Notes: generated by a model from the sequence alone, not told the origin. Positions 1 through 14,095 are shown, counted from the first letter of the stretch. The stretch is DNA of 64,000 nt from Octopus vulgaris (GCA_951406725.2 OX597827.1:66712001-66776000), one strand, 5' to 3'. Translations and numbers: made by a program.

Positions 1-444
1 TATCTTTAACAACATTATATGCGTATATTTATTTATTCTGTCAGTATTCACCGAATCACTCTTATTGTTTTGTACGCATTGAATATAGTTGTTAAAACGA
101 AATCGAAAACGTTAAACTCAAATAATTAGTTGCATAGAGTAGGTTGGTTGGAGTAATAGAAATAACTAATATAATATATATGTGCTAAAATATATGCCGA
201 AGACACGATACAACGACTAATCGGTAGCGTATTAATTGAAACAGATGTAAAATAAAAGGAAACAGCAGGAGAGTTACTAACGCATTAGTCTTTAGTAAAA
301 GTGCATTTTAGCATTGGAATTTATTACCACCACGTAAACGATGGTGGCTAATCAATATCTATTAACAAATAACGTATGTAAAACGATGCCTTTGAAGACA
401 AACACGTTCGGACAAATAACATAAAACATATATATTTGTACATA

Positions 445-1430
<986 letters not shown>

Positions 1431-1853
1431 AGACACACAAAGTCCAACACACACAAAGGGGACGGAATGGAAAAGCAGATCACGTACTAAAGCGTCCAAG
1501 TAGAGACAGAGTTACGCTTAGAGAGCCATTGAGCAACGAGGAAACGTTTCGTGTTAAAAGACAATTCTTAGCTTAAAAGTAAGTCACTTTTCATTCGATT
1601 TCTTACCTTAATTAAATTAAGACGAGCGATACAGTTCGTGATTTATGTTTTATGCAAGGGTTGTAAATCATCTTCACCTATCACGCTGTGTGGCATCTTC
1701 CTGACTAATAAATCCACAAAATCCTCGCACAAGATGGTGAACTAAATTCTTACATGATCTTTTTTTTATTACTACTTATTTGTTTACTTTTGTGTGCGTG
1801 ATTGTGTGTCGGTTTTCTACATGCATATATGTACACACACAATACATACATCA

Positions 1854-1948
<95 letters not shown>

Positions 1949-1988
1949 GATGTATGTATGTATGATGTATGTATTGTGTGTGTACATA

Positions 1989-2052
<64 letters not shown>

Positions 2053-2057
2053 TATAT

Positions 2058-2226
2058 AGGCGCACGAATGGCTGTGTGGTAAGTATCTTGCTTACCAGCC
2101 ATATGGTTCTGGGTTCAGTCCTACTGCCCACTACCTGAAGCAAGTGTATTTTTTTACTATAATTTTGGACTGACCAAAGCCTTATGAGTGATTTTGGTAA
2201 GGGAAACTAAAATATTCCCGTCGTAT
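2058..2226 (+). mobile_element. SINE family A (tRNA head + CORE-like domain), diverged 5' half
   Basis: tggctgtgtggtaag (A-box-like) and gggttcagtcct (B-box-like); matches copies at 13888 and 39565. Confidence 0.85.
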
Positions 2227-2257
2227 ATCTATATATATATATATAGATATATAGCTA

Positions 2258-2404
2258 TACGACGGGTTTCGTTCAGTTTCCGTCTACCTAATACACTCAC
2301 AAGGCTTTGGTAGGCCCGAGGCTACAATGGAAGACGCTCGGCCAAGGTGCCACGCAGTGGGACTGAACACGGAACCATGTGGTTGGTAAGCCACTCCTGC
2401 GCCT
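2258..2404 (-). mobile_element. SINE family A, 5' half, inverted relative to 2058-2226
   Basis: Reverse complement of the family A head and core (ccaaggtgccacgcagtgggactgaac...ccactcctgcgcct). Confidence 0.88.
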
Positions 2405-2899
2405 ATATATATACATGTGTGTGTGTGTGTGTGTGTGTTGGAATCAAGTGACATGTCTAGTGACAGTACCAAACAATGAATGCTCATAATTTTTTGTTCG
2501 TAGAGATTAAGCAATTCATTAAGTTTAGAACCATTCGTACGTTTTCGTCTAAGGCCGTGAGTTAGTGTCACGTGACAATATATTTTGCACCTAAAATGAA
2601 GGCCAATATGGTTGAGTGAACATAGTGAGAGAAAAGAATGGTCGGATAACATTACGTAGTGTGGCAAAATTAGTTTTGGCAGTTATAATATTTGACAAAC
2701 AGTGAGAGGAGGAATAAGTAATACGCTCTGAAATTAGAAAGATAGGTAGATAAAAGCTTTCTGCAATATATATTTTAATCGGTGTAGTGAGTGGTATTCC
2801 TGCCAAGGAAATTTGAGGCAGTGAGTTCGAAGACAAGTGAGGGCTATTCCTATCCAAAGAAATTAGGGGGAGCAATCCCCACCAGTCGCTAAATCCACA

Positions 2900-3068
2900 A
2901 TTTTTTTTTTTTTTTCATTCTCTCTTCATTTTCTCTTATTCCATTCTGTTGAAGAGCGTAGGCTCGAAACGTAAAAGACTTTCTCATCTTCCTTAGCGTC
3001 AAACTAATACACATGTTTGATGTTCATACACCTGTCTTCGTTTTTTGAATTTCTATAAATTTCAACTT
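2900..3068 (+). mobile_element. PLE pLTR-like fragment (family P1) with HHR-like motif at 2944-2978
   Basis: CTGTTGA-a-gagc(gtag)gctc-GAAAC-GTA; same family as 14948-15133 and 24218-24331. Confidence 0.6.
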
Positions 3069-3074
3069 CATATG

Positions 3075-3492
3075 CTCTTTTACTCTTTTACTCTTTTACT
3101 TGTTTCAGTCATTTGACTGCGACCATGCTGGAGCACCGCCTTTAGTCGAGCAAATCGACCCCGGGACTTATTCTTTGTAAGCCCAGTACTTATTCAATCG
3201 GTCGCTTTTGCCGAACCGCTAAGTGACGGGGACGTAAACACACCAGCATCGGTTGTCAAGCATTGCTAGGGGGACAAACACAGACACACAAACACATACA
3301 CACACATATATATATATATACATATATACGACAGGCTTCTTTCAGTTTCCGTCTACCAAATCCACTCACAAGGCATTGGTCGGCCCGGGGCTATAGCAGA
3401 AGACAATTGCCCAAGATGCCACGCAGTGGGACTGAACCCGGAACCATGTGGTTGGTTAGCAAGCTACTTACCACACAGCCACTCCTGCGCCT
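3075..3492 (-). mobile_element. SINE family A, full length, with internal (TA)n(TG)n and (GAGTAAAA)n tail
   Basis: Near-identical reverse complement of 13888-14316; head at 3492, tail repeats ctctttta at 3075-3100. Confidence 0.93.
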
Positions 3493-3515
3493 ATATATAT
3501 AATAATAATAATAAT

Positions 3516-4119
<604 letters not shown>

Positions 4120-4368
4120 TATATATATACATATATATATATAAGAAATATTGAATTTCTAAATCTCTCGTAGAGACATGTACGGTGGTGGGGCGATAGA
4201 ATGGTTGTATACTGTCAATCTAACAAGAACGTGACAATAGGGGGTACCTCACCGCTGTATAGCCCTAGGAAGCATCGAACGCCTCCTGATTGCTTTGACA
4301 CATTTTTCCCTGTGTCCTTATATACATATACGAAGGGGAGACAAACACCCCCGGCTGCCGAAGCTGCA

Positions 4369-4413
4369 TCTAGGGACACGTGTTTCAGGATCGTTGTCCT
4401 TCATCGGCCTAGA
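4369..4413 (-). ncRNA. Minimal type I hammerhead ribozyme motif
   Basis: Exact reverse complement of 4583-4627. Confidence 0.8.
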
Positions 4414-4582
4414 GTAGTAGACACCGGTCAGCTGGTGATATTTGTCTCGACTTCGTAATTGTATATATCTATAACTCAGTGAAGTCTATTCACTGATTAT
4501 CAAAATAAGAAATATTGAATTTCTAAATCTCTTGTAGAGACATGTACGGTGGTGTGGCGATAGAATGGTTGTATACTGCTAC

Positions 4583-4627
4583 TCTAGGCCGATGAAGGAC
4601 AACGATCCTGAAACACGTGTCCCTAGA
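4583..4627 (+). ncRNA. Minimal type I hammerhead ribozyme motif (core CCGAUGA, U4C)
   Basis: Helix I tctagg/cctaga; core CCGATGA; helix II agga-caacga-tcct; GAAAC-acgt-GTC with palindromic ACACGTGT helix III; predicted cut after C4621. Confidence 0.8.
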
Positions 4628-5401
4628 TGCAGCTTCGGCAGCCGGGGGTGTTTGTCTCCCCTTCGTATATGTATATAAGGACACAGGGAAAAATGTGTCA
4701 AAGCCATCAGGAGGCGTTCGATGCTTCCTGGGGCTATACAGCGGTGGTGTACCCCCTACTGTCACGTTCTTGTTAGATTGACAGTATACAACCATTATAT
4801 CTATATATATATAAAGAGAGAAGCAGAGATAGATAGATAGATAAATAGATAAATAGATAGATAGATGCATGTATGGCTACAGGACGTCATAGTAAACAAC
4901 ATGAAATACAAAGTACGAGACCATGGAATACGAACCTTTTTTTGGCGAACAGCGAAAGGCACAAATGGAAAGCAAGAAAAGCAACATAAAGAAGGATCCT
5001 ACAGTATACTCTCTATTTCCAGCAATTTGCGACAAAATATGCCTTCGACAAAGTAGTTGCTGCCGCAAAGTAAATTAAATAAGTTTTGGGGATTTGCGGA
5101 GGGTCAAAGTTAGTAACAGAAAACAGGACAGTGAAAACAAGCAGAAAGGGCAGCTAAGCCTAGACGAGGTGAGGTGGCAAACGCTGGAGGAACAAGCTTT
5201 TATATATATACATATGTATATACACATACACATATATATTTATATATATACACACACACATATAAAAATCCCTCCCTCTCTCTCTCACTATATATGTATA
5301 TATATATATATATACATATTTTTAGACATACATACATAGATATATATATACATACATAGATATATACATAGATATATATATGTATATATATATATATATA
5401 T

Positions 5402-5772
5402 GGATGGAAGCACTCCGTCGGTTACGACGACGAGGGTTCCGGTTGATCTGAATCAACGGAACAGCCTGCTCGGGTAATTAGCGTGTAAGTGGCTGAGCAC
5501 TCCACAGACACGTGTACCCTTAACGTAGTTCTCGGGGATATTCAGCGTGACACAGAGAGTGACAAGGCCGGCCCTTTGAAATACAGGTACAACAGAAACA
5601 GGAAGTAAGAGTGAGAGAAAGTTGTGGTGAAAGAGTACAGCAGGGATCACCACCATCCCCTACCGGAGGCTCGTGGAGCTTTAGGTGTTTTCGCTCTATA
5701 AACACTCACAATCGAAACCGCGATCCTATGACCGCGAGTCCGCTGCCCTAACCACTGGGCCATTGCGCCTCC

Positions 5773-5773
<1 letters not shown>
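5402..5773 (-). mobile_element. SINE family C1 (tRNA head; 3' region resembling a Nin/Deu-type domain)
   Basis: Minus strand begins tggaggcgcaatggcccagtggttagggcagcggactcg...gtttcgatt (A/B boxes); inserted in (TA)n. Domain name is recalled, not searched. Confidence 0.85.
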
Positions 5774-5849
<76 letters not shown>

Positions 5850-5894
5850 ATTATATATATATGTATATATATATATATATATTTTATTTTTTTT

Positions 5895-6269
5895 TTATTT
5901 TTTAGTTTCAGCTCAGAGCACCGCTGATGCACCGCCGTTTTGCTACACTGTTATTACTAAGAGCCTCCTCTGATATGTGGCACTTTTGCATCTCTTTCTT
6001 TGAGGTAGGGTCATCTGGGACTCTCGACAGGAAGAGGTCTGGCTTTGATTTTAAAAAAACCTACATCTACTTTGTGCAATTTCCTCAGACTCTTTGGAGG
6101 AATAATAAAAAGCTGTGGGCCCTTGAAACCCAGGCTGTTGCAGTAACTGGTCCTGAAGAGCAATGGCTTTGCTGGGATCTTTGGCACTGTGCAGTGTCGT
6201 CCCGTTCGTTCTGTCATTTGTGTAGCTTTCAATGCCAATATTTGGCACAATTCCTTCCAGGATGTTCCA

Positions 6270-6271
<2 letters not shown>
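5895..6271 (-). mobile_element. 5'-truncated LINE 3' end (CR1/L2-group ORF2 C-terminus + tail)
   Basis: GRHCTVPKIP...YCNSLGFKGPQLFIIPPKSLRKLHKVDVGFFKIK; homologous to 54151-54410. Confidence 0.8.
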
Positions 6272-6304
<33 letters not shown>

Positions 6305-6662
6305 CGACAGCCGTGGTCGAGGATGGAGGTATACTGTGTGAAATTTACCGTGCATCAAATGTAGCCTGCTATCAGGTGGGGACACAGCTTGCCCTTTCGA
6401 CGGAAAAGTTGAAAGAATTTTTCTTTCAGCAATAATTCATATATATGGAAAAAATGTAATATATATGAATTTCTATGTATACATTTATATAGATATTTTT
6501 ACTGTGATCATGTGACTGATATCCTATCATCAATTTTGCGCTAAATGAAGCACATTTTAGTTATTTCTTACTCTATCATTTGGAACTCTCAGAAAATATA
6601 AAAATGAAGTAAATATATAAATAATCGATGCAAATACGTAATATGTCATAATATATATATAT

Positions 6663-6735
<73 letters not shown>

Positions 6736-6949
6736 AAAGAAAGTAGACAGGTCATTTACCTAATTAAAGGAAACACCCGCCCATCCAGTGAAAAAATTTA
6801 TATATCTACACCCGCTCATAATGAGACATTATAGAATATTATAGATTCATAAACAGATTCGCGTGTGCGTTTGCACACACTCACACACACACACATACAT
6901 AGCACAATCACGCACAGATATATATACGTTCATTCACAGAAACTCACAC

Positions 6950-6998
<49 letters not shown>

Positions 6999-7253
6999 AG
7001 CGTGTGTAAATGTGTGCATGTGTATACACAGACATGCACAAATACATATATACACAGACACACACACACACACACACTCATATATATATATATATATACA
7101 CACACACAAAAACGCACAAACGCGCACTCACTCACACACAAACGCACACGTGCGCACACAGATACCCACACATACTCATATATGTATATGTGCAGGAATA
7201 TATATGAAACAGATATTTTCATATGTATAGGGACGAATATTCATATCTACATA

Positions 7254-7311
<58 letters not shown>

Positions 7312-8054
7312 AAGAAAGGGAGAAAGTGAGAGAGATATACATAGAGAGGCAGAGACAGATGTGAGTGTAGGCGAATGCCAAACTCTATCTAATAATATGG
7401 ACTTAGATACGTAAATCTATGCCTATGTTTGTTTATGTGTACGATACTGTGTATATATTTGCTCGTGTGTATGAGATTTTTCCCCATTATATTCATTATT
7501 AATTCAAAATAACTATTCGCCAAGGAATAAATATCTCGTTAGAAAATAACAACTCACCAGGGATACGAACAAATATATCTTACTTGAATACAAATCGATA
7601 TATAAATCTATTTCTTATACGATTTTATATTGTGAGAAAGCATAGATTATTATAATTACAATTAGCGGAATTATGTCTATTGCTTAAATCAGATAGGATG
7701 CACTAATATACGATTTAACATGCTGTTTATATTCTAAATGTGAATGCATAAATTCCATTTATGTCGCTACAAACTCTAGACCATTAATTAACAACGAGCT
7801 TCTGTGTAATGTGCTGTATCAAGATGTGAGCTGTGACAGAGCAAATTTAAATACTTTTTGCCTAAATCGAAATAGCTGCCTTGAGCTCCACTATATATAG
7901 CATCCATAACTAATCCAGTAATAAATTCTTTAGTGAACCAATACATTTAACAACATGCATATCCATAGATAATTGGTGCGGAAAAAACTCAAAAAAACAT
8001 TGATAAAGCGATATGTTATCTTTATCTCAAGGATGCTTTGTTAATTCAACCACA

Positions 8055-8472
8055 AAAGTACCTTTTGACCAACAGATTTAAAAAATTATTTTTTGTAACT
8101 AAACACTTTCAAACTTCGGACACTGGTAGAATGTGTCATATAAAACATCTTTTACCGTTAGCGTTTTTGAGAAAAACTTATATTTACGAAGTTATTTCAC
8201 GTTAATGTTCCGTATTTCGGTAATTTCAACCAATCAATGACGTGTATTCAGCTGAATAAAATTACTGCCGTTGTTTGTCAACAACAACTGTCGGTGGTGT
8301 ATCTTTCGTTTGTCACTGCTATTTATGACATTGTCCCTGCGTTTGTACTGGTTTTAGAATTAGGGCTTTAGGGTTAGGGTTAGGGTTTTAGGGTTAGGAT
8401 TTTATGGTTAGGGTTAGGGTTAAGGTTAGGATTTTAGGGTTAATGTTGTCATAAATAAAAAGAAACGAACGT
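8055..8472. mobile_element. Non-autonomous DNA element/MITE-like fragment containing telomere-type repeats
   Basis: 8060-8200 matches the reverse complement of 32134-32283; short inverted repeat tatttatgaca/tgtcataaata surrounds the TTAGGG tract. Confidence 0.6.
8360..8443 (+). repeat. Interstitial degenerate (TTAGGG)n tract
   Basis: ttagggctttagggttagggttagggttttagggttagg...ttagggttagggttaaggttagg. Confidence 0.9.
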
Positions 8473-9123
8473 AATTGTTTGCTGTTAGATGAACTTTAAA
8501 TATCAAGGAGATATATATCCCACAATTGGCTGTTGCTTTTAACTCCATCGGGGTTTGCTTCTTATTGTATCAATATCTGATTGAGACGTCCCTAGAAAGT
8601 TATATTTTTTCAATTTAAATTATTTTCTGTCTTCCAAAATATAATTGAGTTATACTGATAATATCGTGATGAACGTTAGTGCAACTAGCTTTCGAAAGTT
8701 ACCCAATATTTGGCGCAATTATATGGAGCAAAGCACTTATGCACAGAGGAATGTAATTGATTGTTGAAGTGAGTATAACATTTTCAGCTAAAAATAATTT
8801 TATACTTTGATATATTTTACAACGTAAATGACTTTATACCGTGTATGTAAAAAAAATTCTTGTAATCTATATCAGTTTGAATATGAAGAGAAATTAAATT
8901 GATTAAGTAACATCATTCGTAATGCATATTTTGATATGTTTAAAGTGAACACAGGCAGAATCCAATATATTTCTTCGTTAAACTTTTTTCTACATAGAAC
9001 GACTTTTAACTTGTATTTACTTGTAAAAGTACTGTTGAGAAACATTTCATAACCAAAAAGATAAATATTTATGAGTCATTCTTTCAGAGGATGTAAGATT
9101 TATAATAGACTTAGACAAACTGC

Positions 9124-9432
9124 CTACTCCTTCGTCGCCCTTTTCAAGCCTAGCAAGGCTCATGGACCAGGTTTCTCGGTTTCTGTGGCGTATGTGTTCC
9201 CCCCAGCTGGACTGGAAGCCAGTCCATCGCAGCGTTACTCAAGAAACAGGAAGAGAGAGTGAGAGAAAGTTGTGGCGAAAGAGTAAAACAAACCACCACC
9301 CCCTGCCGGGGCCTTGTGGAGCTTTTAGGTATTTTCGCTCATTAAACACAAACAACACCTAGTCTGGGAATCGAAACCGCGATCCTCCGACAGCTAGTCC
9401 GCTGCCCTAACCACTGGGCCATTGCGCCTCCA
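9124..9432 (-). mobile_element. SINE family C2 (family C head, different 3' tail), 13-bp TSD
   Basis: TSD ttagacaaactgc at 9111-9123 and 9433-9445; head nearly identical to 5712-5773. Confidence 0.92.
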
Positions 9433-10685
9433 TTAGACAAACTGCAGTCCGTTAGAATTTCTGTATGGCACCATTACCAAAAATACTACCTTGGCCCTTT
9501 ATAGCCGTCCTGCCTTTTTCATGATGAAGCATGCCTCACGCGATATGTTTATAGAAAAATGTTGACCGTGTCAGTAGTGGAAGCATATGCTGTGTAATGG
9601 GGGCGTTTGAGGTCCTTCTTATATAAAATATTATCTAATAAGTTTTGTTAGCATCAATATTTATTCATTTGAAAATTTAAAGTGGTATACATCAAATTAA
9701 AATTAGTGCGAACCATAATAATTATTGTAATTGACACTAATTTATAATTCGAAAAACATCTTCTCGGAATACTTTTACGAAGACTTTTCAAAAAGTATCT
9801 CAGTTCATAGTTCTAAGAAATTTTTTATTAATGATGCCGTGTAAAACCTTTTGAGAATCATGGAAATTTTTCTTACAAACTGTTCAATACATATAATCCG
9901 TTAGTTTCGCTTAATTCCGTTCGTCCTGTTATCGCATATGAATATCAGAGAAAACACCCCCTTAATTTTACTTCGAATGATTTATCGAAAAGCAAAATGT
10001 GTTTCCTTGCGTGAAATTTAAGTTAATATAACATTCATTGATCTGAATGCTGCTATTGGGGAATTCTCTAACGTATAGGATCAGATCTTTTATTATAGAA
10101 AGATAACATTTTATAATATCAAGGGAAGTAAATTTCCAGTGTTTCATGAATAGCACAGAATACAAATTGGCATGGCTGTTTGTCATTAACTTCACCACAC
10201 GATTCTATTACGATTATACTATCCTTCCATAATTAGACAATGTTAAAATTTAAAAATTCTAAATATGGTTGAATCTAGATATGATAACTAACATTTTTTC
10301 ATTTTACATGTATTTTCTGCAATTAAATAAAAGGTAATGTCAACGGCCTCTCATCCGTTCTCGATCACTAATATTGACGTCAGTTAAAGACCTCTCGGAG
10401 ACAGAATTCGATAGCCCCGATGTTCTGTGAATAAATGACTGAAGTTAGCTACCATGCGGCACCGGTATAATAAGGATGATCAAAAGGAAAGATTCTAGTT
10501 GGGATGCCTTATTAGAGGTGTCATGACCCCATTAAGTACACATCTTCCGGTTCCATCCGTCACGCACACATGTATACAGACGCACAGGGACACATACATA
10601 CACGCATACACACAAAACATGTATGTACATATGTATGTGTGAGTGTGTGATGTAAAAAGGCTAAACGGTAACCATACTTTCTTCA

Positions 10686-10912
10686 GGCGAGCTGGCAGAA
10701 ACGTTAGCACGCCGGGCGAAATGCTTAGCGGTATTTCGTCTGCGTTACGTTGTGAGTTCAAATTCCGCCGAGGTCGACTTTGCCTTTCATCCTTTTGGGG
10801 TCGATAAATTAAGTACCAGTTACGCACTGGGGTCGATGTAATCGACTTAAGACCCATGTCTGTCCTTGTTTGTCCCCTCTGTGTTTAGCCCCTTGTGGGT
10901 AATAAAGAAATA
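10686..10912 (+). mobile_element. SINE family B monomer (tRNA head, Meta-like central domain), 19-bp TSD
   Basis: Perfect TSD ggtaaccatactttcttca at 10667-10685 and 10913-10931; B-box gagttcaaattcc; core gcctttcatccttttggggtcgataaattaagtaccag. Domain name is recalled, not searched. Confidence 0.95.
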
Positions 10913-11050
10913 GGTAACCATACTTTCTTCATTGATGAAATAATAAGTAGATGGAAAAGTGTAGCAAATAAGCATTCACCTTCAGTCAATCATTTCAAAG
11001 TAGGTGTGCACTGAGGAAGATTTTCTGACAGAACAATTGAAACTTTATAA

Positions 11051-11381
11051 ACGTGAGAATGAACGGTTAAAAGAAAAATTCAACTCATATTTTTGAATAA
11101 GTTTGACTCTGTTCGACATCACTTAAAATTTTCGGCACATAATTTGTATGATTTATGTACGTGAGAATGGACGGCTAAAAGTAATATTCAACTCATATTT
11201 TTGAAATATTAAGTTTGAATCTGTTCTGCTTCACTTAAAATTTTCGAAGGTGTAGAATACTTCACCTCACCAATGATATATATTCGGATACACAGTGAGA
11301 TTATTTAGATTTCAATAGATTTTTTCCAGGTCACACGTTAGTTTTTTCTAGCAGCGCCACATAATTTGTATTTTTTATGTA
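11051..11381 (+). repeat. Diverged local tandem duplication (~108-bp unit; second copy has ~110 extra bp)
   Basis: acgtgagaatg...cacttaaaattttcg at 11051 and 11159; cacataatttgta follows directly in copy 1 and ~110 bp later in copy 2. Confidence 0.75.
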
Positions 11382-11469
11382 GGTCATTTTGATGAAGCTA
11401 ATTACGATGCTGCCTGAAAATTGGTAATTGTCTGCATATGTCATATGCCAATGACGTTTGATCCTAGCT

Positions 11470-11827
11470 ATAAGTGTTACAGGTAGTAAGGGAGATACGT
11501 TGGCACAAGTTGTCCGTCATTCTGTAGGTTCTAATATTTCAGTGGCAAAGATTATTACATAGGGAACCAATTTTGGGGTCCCAAGTTACATATGACTTGG
11601 GGTGACAGGTATTTGGGTTAATTCATGCTGCCTTTACCCTTAAGGCTGCTAGGCCTGGACTGGTAAATTCTATTTCTCTGTAGCCATTCATTTGAAGTTC
11701 GTAAATCGAACATGTCTCTGGGGGGTAACAATAAGATAATTACCTTCACTAATGACGGACACAGCCGATATTTGATTGGGTGAGGTTTCTCAAAGAGTTA
11801 ATGTTGACAATTATGATTTCAAGTTTA
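11470..11827 (-). pseudogene. Decayed APE-type endonuclease N-terminus of a LINE ORF2 (tentative)
   Basis: Manual translation with stops and frameshifts: KLEIIIVNINSLRN...YLIVTPQ/ET...LQMNGYR...GLAALRVK, resembling the NxxGL, QET and GVAxLVK motifs. Confidence 0.4.
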
Positions 11828-12250
11828 GTAATTAAGGACTATTTCAAGGATGCTCCGCATGATATCTTGAAAGTTCATTCGAAGGTTATTCATAGCTTTT
11901 CACTTGTCACTCACATACCGCCGCTAATTTTGATAAAATAATTACTATTTACTAATTTCTTCTTATATATTTGTGACAGAGTTTGGACTTGTAAAAATTT
12001 CGAAATGGTAGACATCCAAGAGTACTAATGATTTTCTCATTACTGAAATAACTAGGTTAAAGGAACCTTCAATCAATCTGATGAGCATATATTGTGCTCC
12101 GAGGAAAATTTACTGACAGCAATTAAAACTATACGCTACAGTTATTTTCTTTACAGAAAGAACAAATTAGTCAATGAAAAACATCTATCTATTAAATAGC
12201 AATCAACGGATGCGCCATTACATAGTCGATCGACCAACTAAAAATATCAA

Positions 12251-12994
12251 AGGCTGTGAGCTGGCAGAATCGTTATCATGCCGGGCGAAATGTTTAGAGG
12301 TATTTCGTCTGCCGCTACGTTCTGAGTTTAAATTCCGCCGAGGTCGTCTTTGCCTTTCATCTTTTCGGGGTAGATTAAATAAGTACCAGTTACGCACTGG
12401 GGTCGATATAATCAACTTAATCCGTTTGTTTGTCCCCTCTGTGTGTAGCTCCTTGTGGGTAGTAAAGAAATAGGTATTTCGTCTGCCGCTATGTTCTGAG
12501 GTTAAATTCCGCCGAGGTCGACTTTGCCTTTCATCTTTTCGGGGTAGATTAAATAAGTACCAGTTACGCACTGCGGTCGATATAATCAACTCAATCCATT
12601 TGTTTGTCCCCTCTGTGTGTAAGCCTTGTGGGTAGTAAAGAAATAGGTATTTCGTCTGCCGCTATGTTCTGAGGTTAAATTCCGCCGAGGTCGACTTTGC
12701 CTTTCATCTTTTCGGGGTAGATTAAATAAGTACCAGTTACGCACTGCGGTCGATATAATCAACTCAATCCATTTGTTTGTCCCCTCTGTGTGTAAGCCTT
12801 GTGGGTAGTAAAGAAATAGGTATTTCGTCTGCCGCTATGTTCTGAGGTTAAATTCCGCCGAGGTCGACTTTGCCTTTCATCTTTTCGGAGTAGATTAAAT
12901 AAGTACCAGTTACGCACTGCGGTCGATATAATCGACTTAATCCGTTTGTTTGTCCCCTCTGTGCGTAGCCCCTTGTGGGCAGTTAAGAAATAAG
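12251..12994 (+). mobile_element. SINE family B tetramer (one headed unit + three ~173-bp headless units), 15-bp TSD
   Basis: Headless units start at 12473, 12646 and 12819 (ggtatttcgtctgcc); TSD aactaaaaatatcaa 12236-12250 / aactgaaaatatcaa 12995-13009. Confidence 0.93.
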
Positions 12995-13887
12995 AACTGA
13001 AAATATCAAGAAAAACATGCAATTATGAAATTTTCGCCTTATGTAAGCGGCCATATACTGGAAAATAATATGTTAAACAACCATATTTACATATCGAAGA
13101 TGACCAATATTAAGCAATCACATAAAAGTCGACAGTACTGCCTTTGCTATAGCACGAGTCCTGCTACAAATAACAGCTGCTTCTCATTCCCTGACATATT
13201 TAAAGACACATTAAATAATGACATCCTAAACAACAGTGTCAAAATCAACAAACTCGTGATCATATATTGAGCCTTGAACCTAATTAATTATAACCATTAT
13301 TAAATGTTAGTTACAATGACTAACGGGATTGCTATAATTTGTAAAGAAAGCTTCCATTATGCCGAAAGAACGACCGGATGACATTGCTGATGGAAGCCAT
13401 TTTACTGCACTTTTATCATTGGAAAATGCATCCGTACGAACAGACATAATTGACACCCTCCTTGTGAACGAATAATTCTGCAGGCGATGCTAGCAGGTAT
13501 TCATGTCGATAATATCTTCAAAAGAAGTCATAAACATCACACGTTTATAATTTTCTTGTATAGATCTAGAAGCTAAATGCATCTTCCTGCGTTAGGAATA
13601 ATTATATGATAATGGAAGAAGTGACAGGCGATGGGAAGTGCTGAATCGTTACGTAACAAAGTATATGAGTGGAAAATTTAATTGATATATAAAAGTTGAT
13701 ATCTAGATGAATTGCCATAAACTTGTCAACCATATATGATGCATAAAAAAAATATTGAATATTGTATTAAAAAATGAAGAACCTCATTTTGAAATAAAGT
13801 ATTGCTTTGTGGTAGGTTTCGAGTTATAATTATATACCATTCCCATAATTTTGCCTAAAAATTCAGATATTCTACGTTTTACAGAAA

Positions 13888-14058
13888 TAGGAGTGGCTGT
13901 GTGGTAAGTAGCTTGCTAACCAACCACATGGTTGCGGGTTCAGTCCCACTGCGTGGCATCTTGGGCAAGTGTCTTCTGCTATAGCCCCGGGCCGACCAAT
14001 GCCTTGTGAGTGGATTTGGTAGACGGAAACTGAAAGAAGCCTGTCGTATATATGTATG

Positions 14059-14095
<37 letters not shown>

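Larger units (their letters stand above)
4141..4796 (-). mobile_element. PLE pseudo-LTR relic (family P2): 364-bp unit + partial tandem copy + inverted copy
   Basis: 4141-4214 repeats directly at 4505-4578; 4579-4796 is the reverse complement of 4200-4417; both ends abut TA-rich microsatellites; carries an HHR. Confidence 0.85.

Noticed and set aside
5712-5773. tRNA-like sequences (also near 9365, 10686, 13888, 16586)
   Set aside because: They are SINE heads continuing into SINE bodies, with no complete cloverleaf.
12078-12112. CTGATGA-gcat/gtgc...GAAA
   Set aside because: Six extra nucleotides lie before GAAA and there is no helix I or III; likely chance.
12251-12994. Regular array resembling CRISPR or a retrozyme array
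   Set aside because: There are no unique spacers and no HHR core in the unit; it is a SINE multimer within a TSD.
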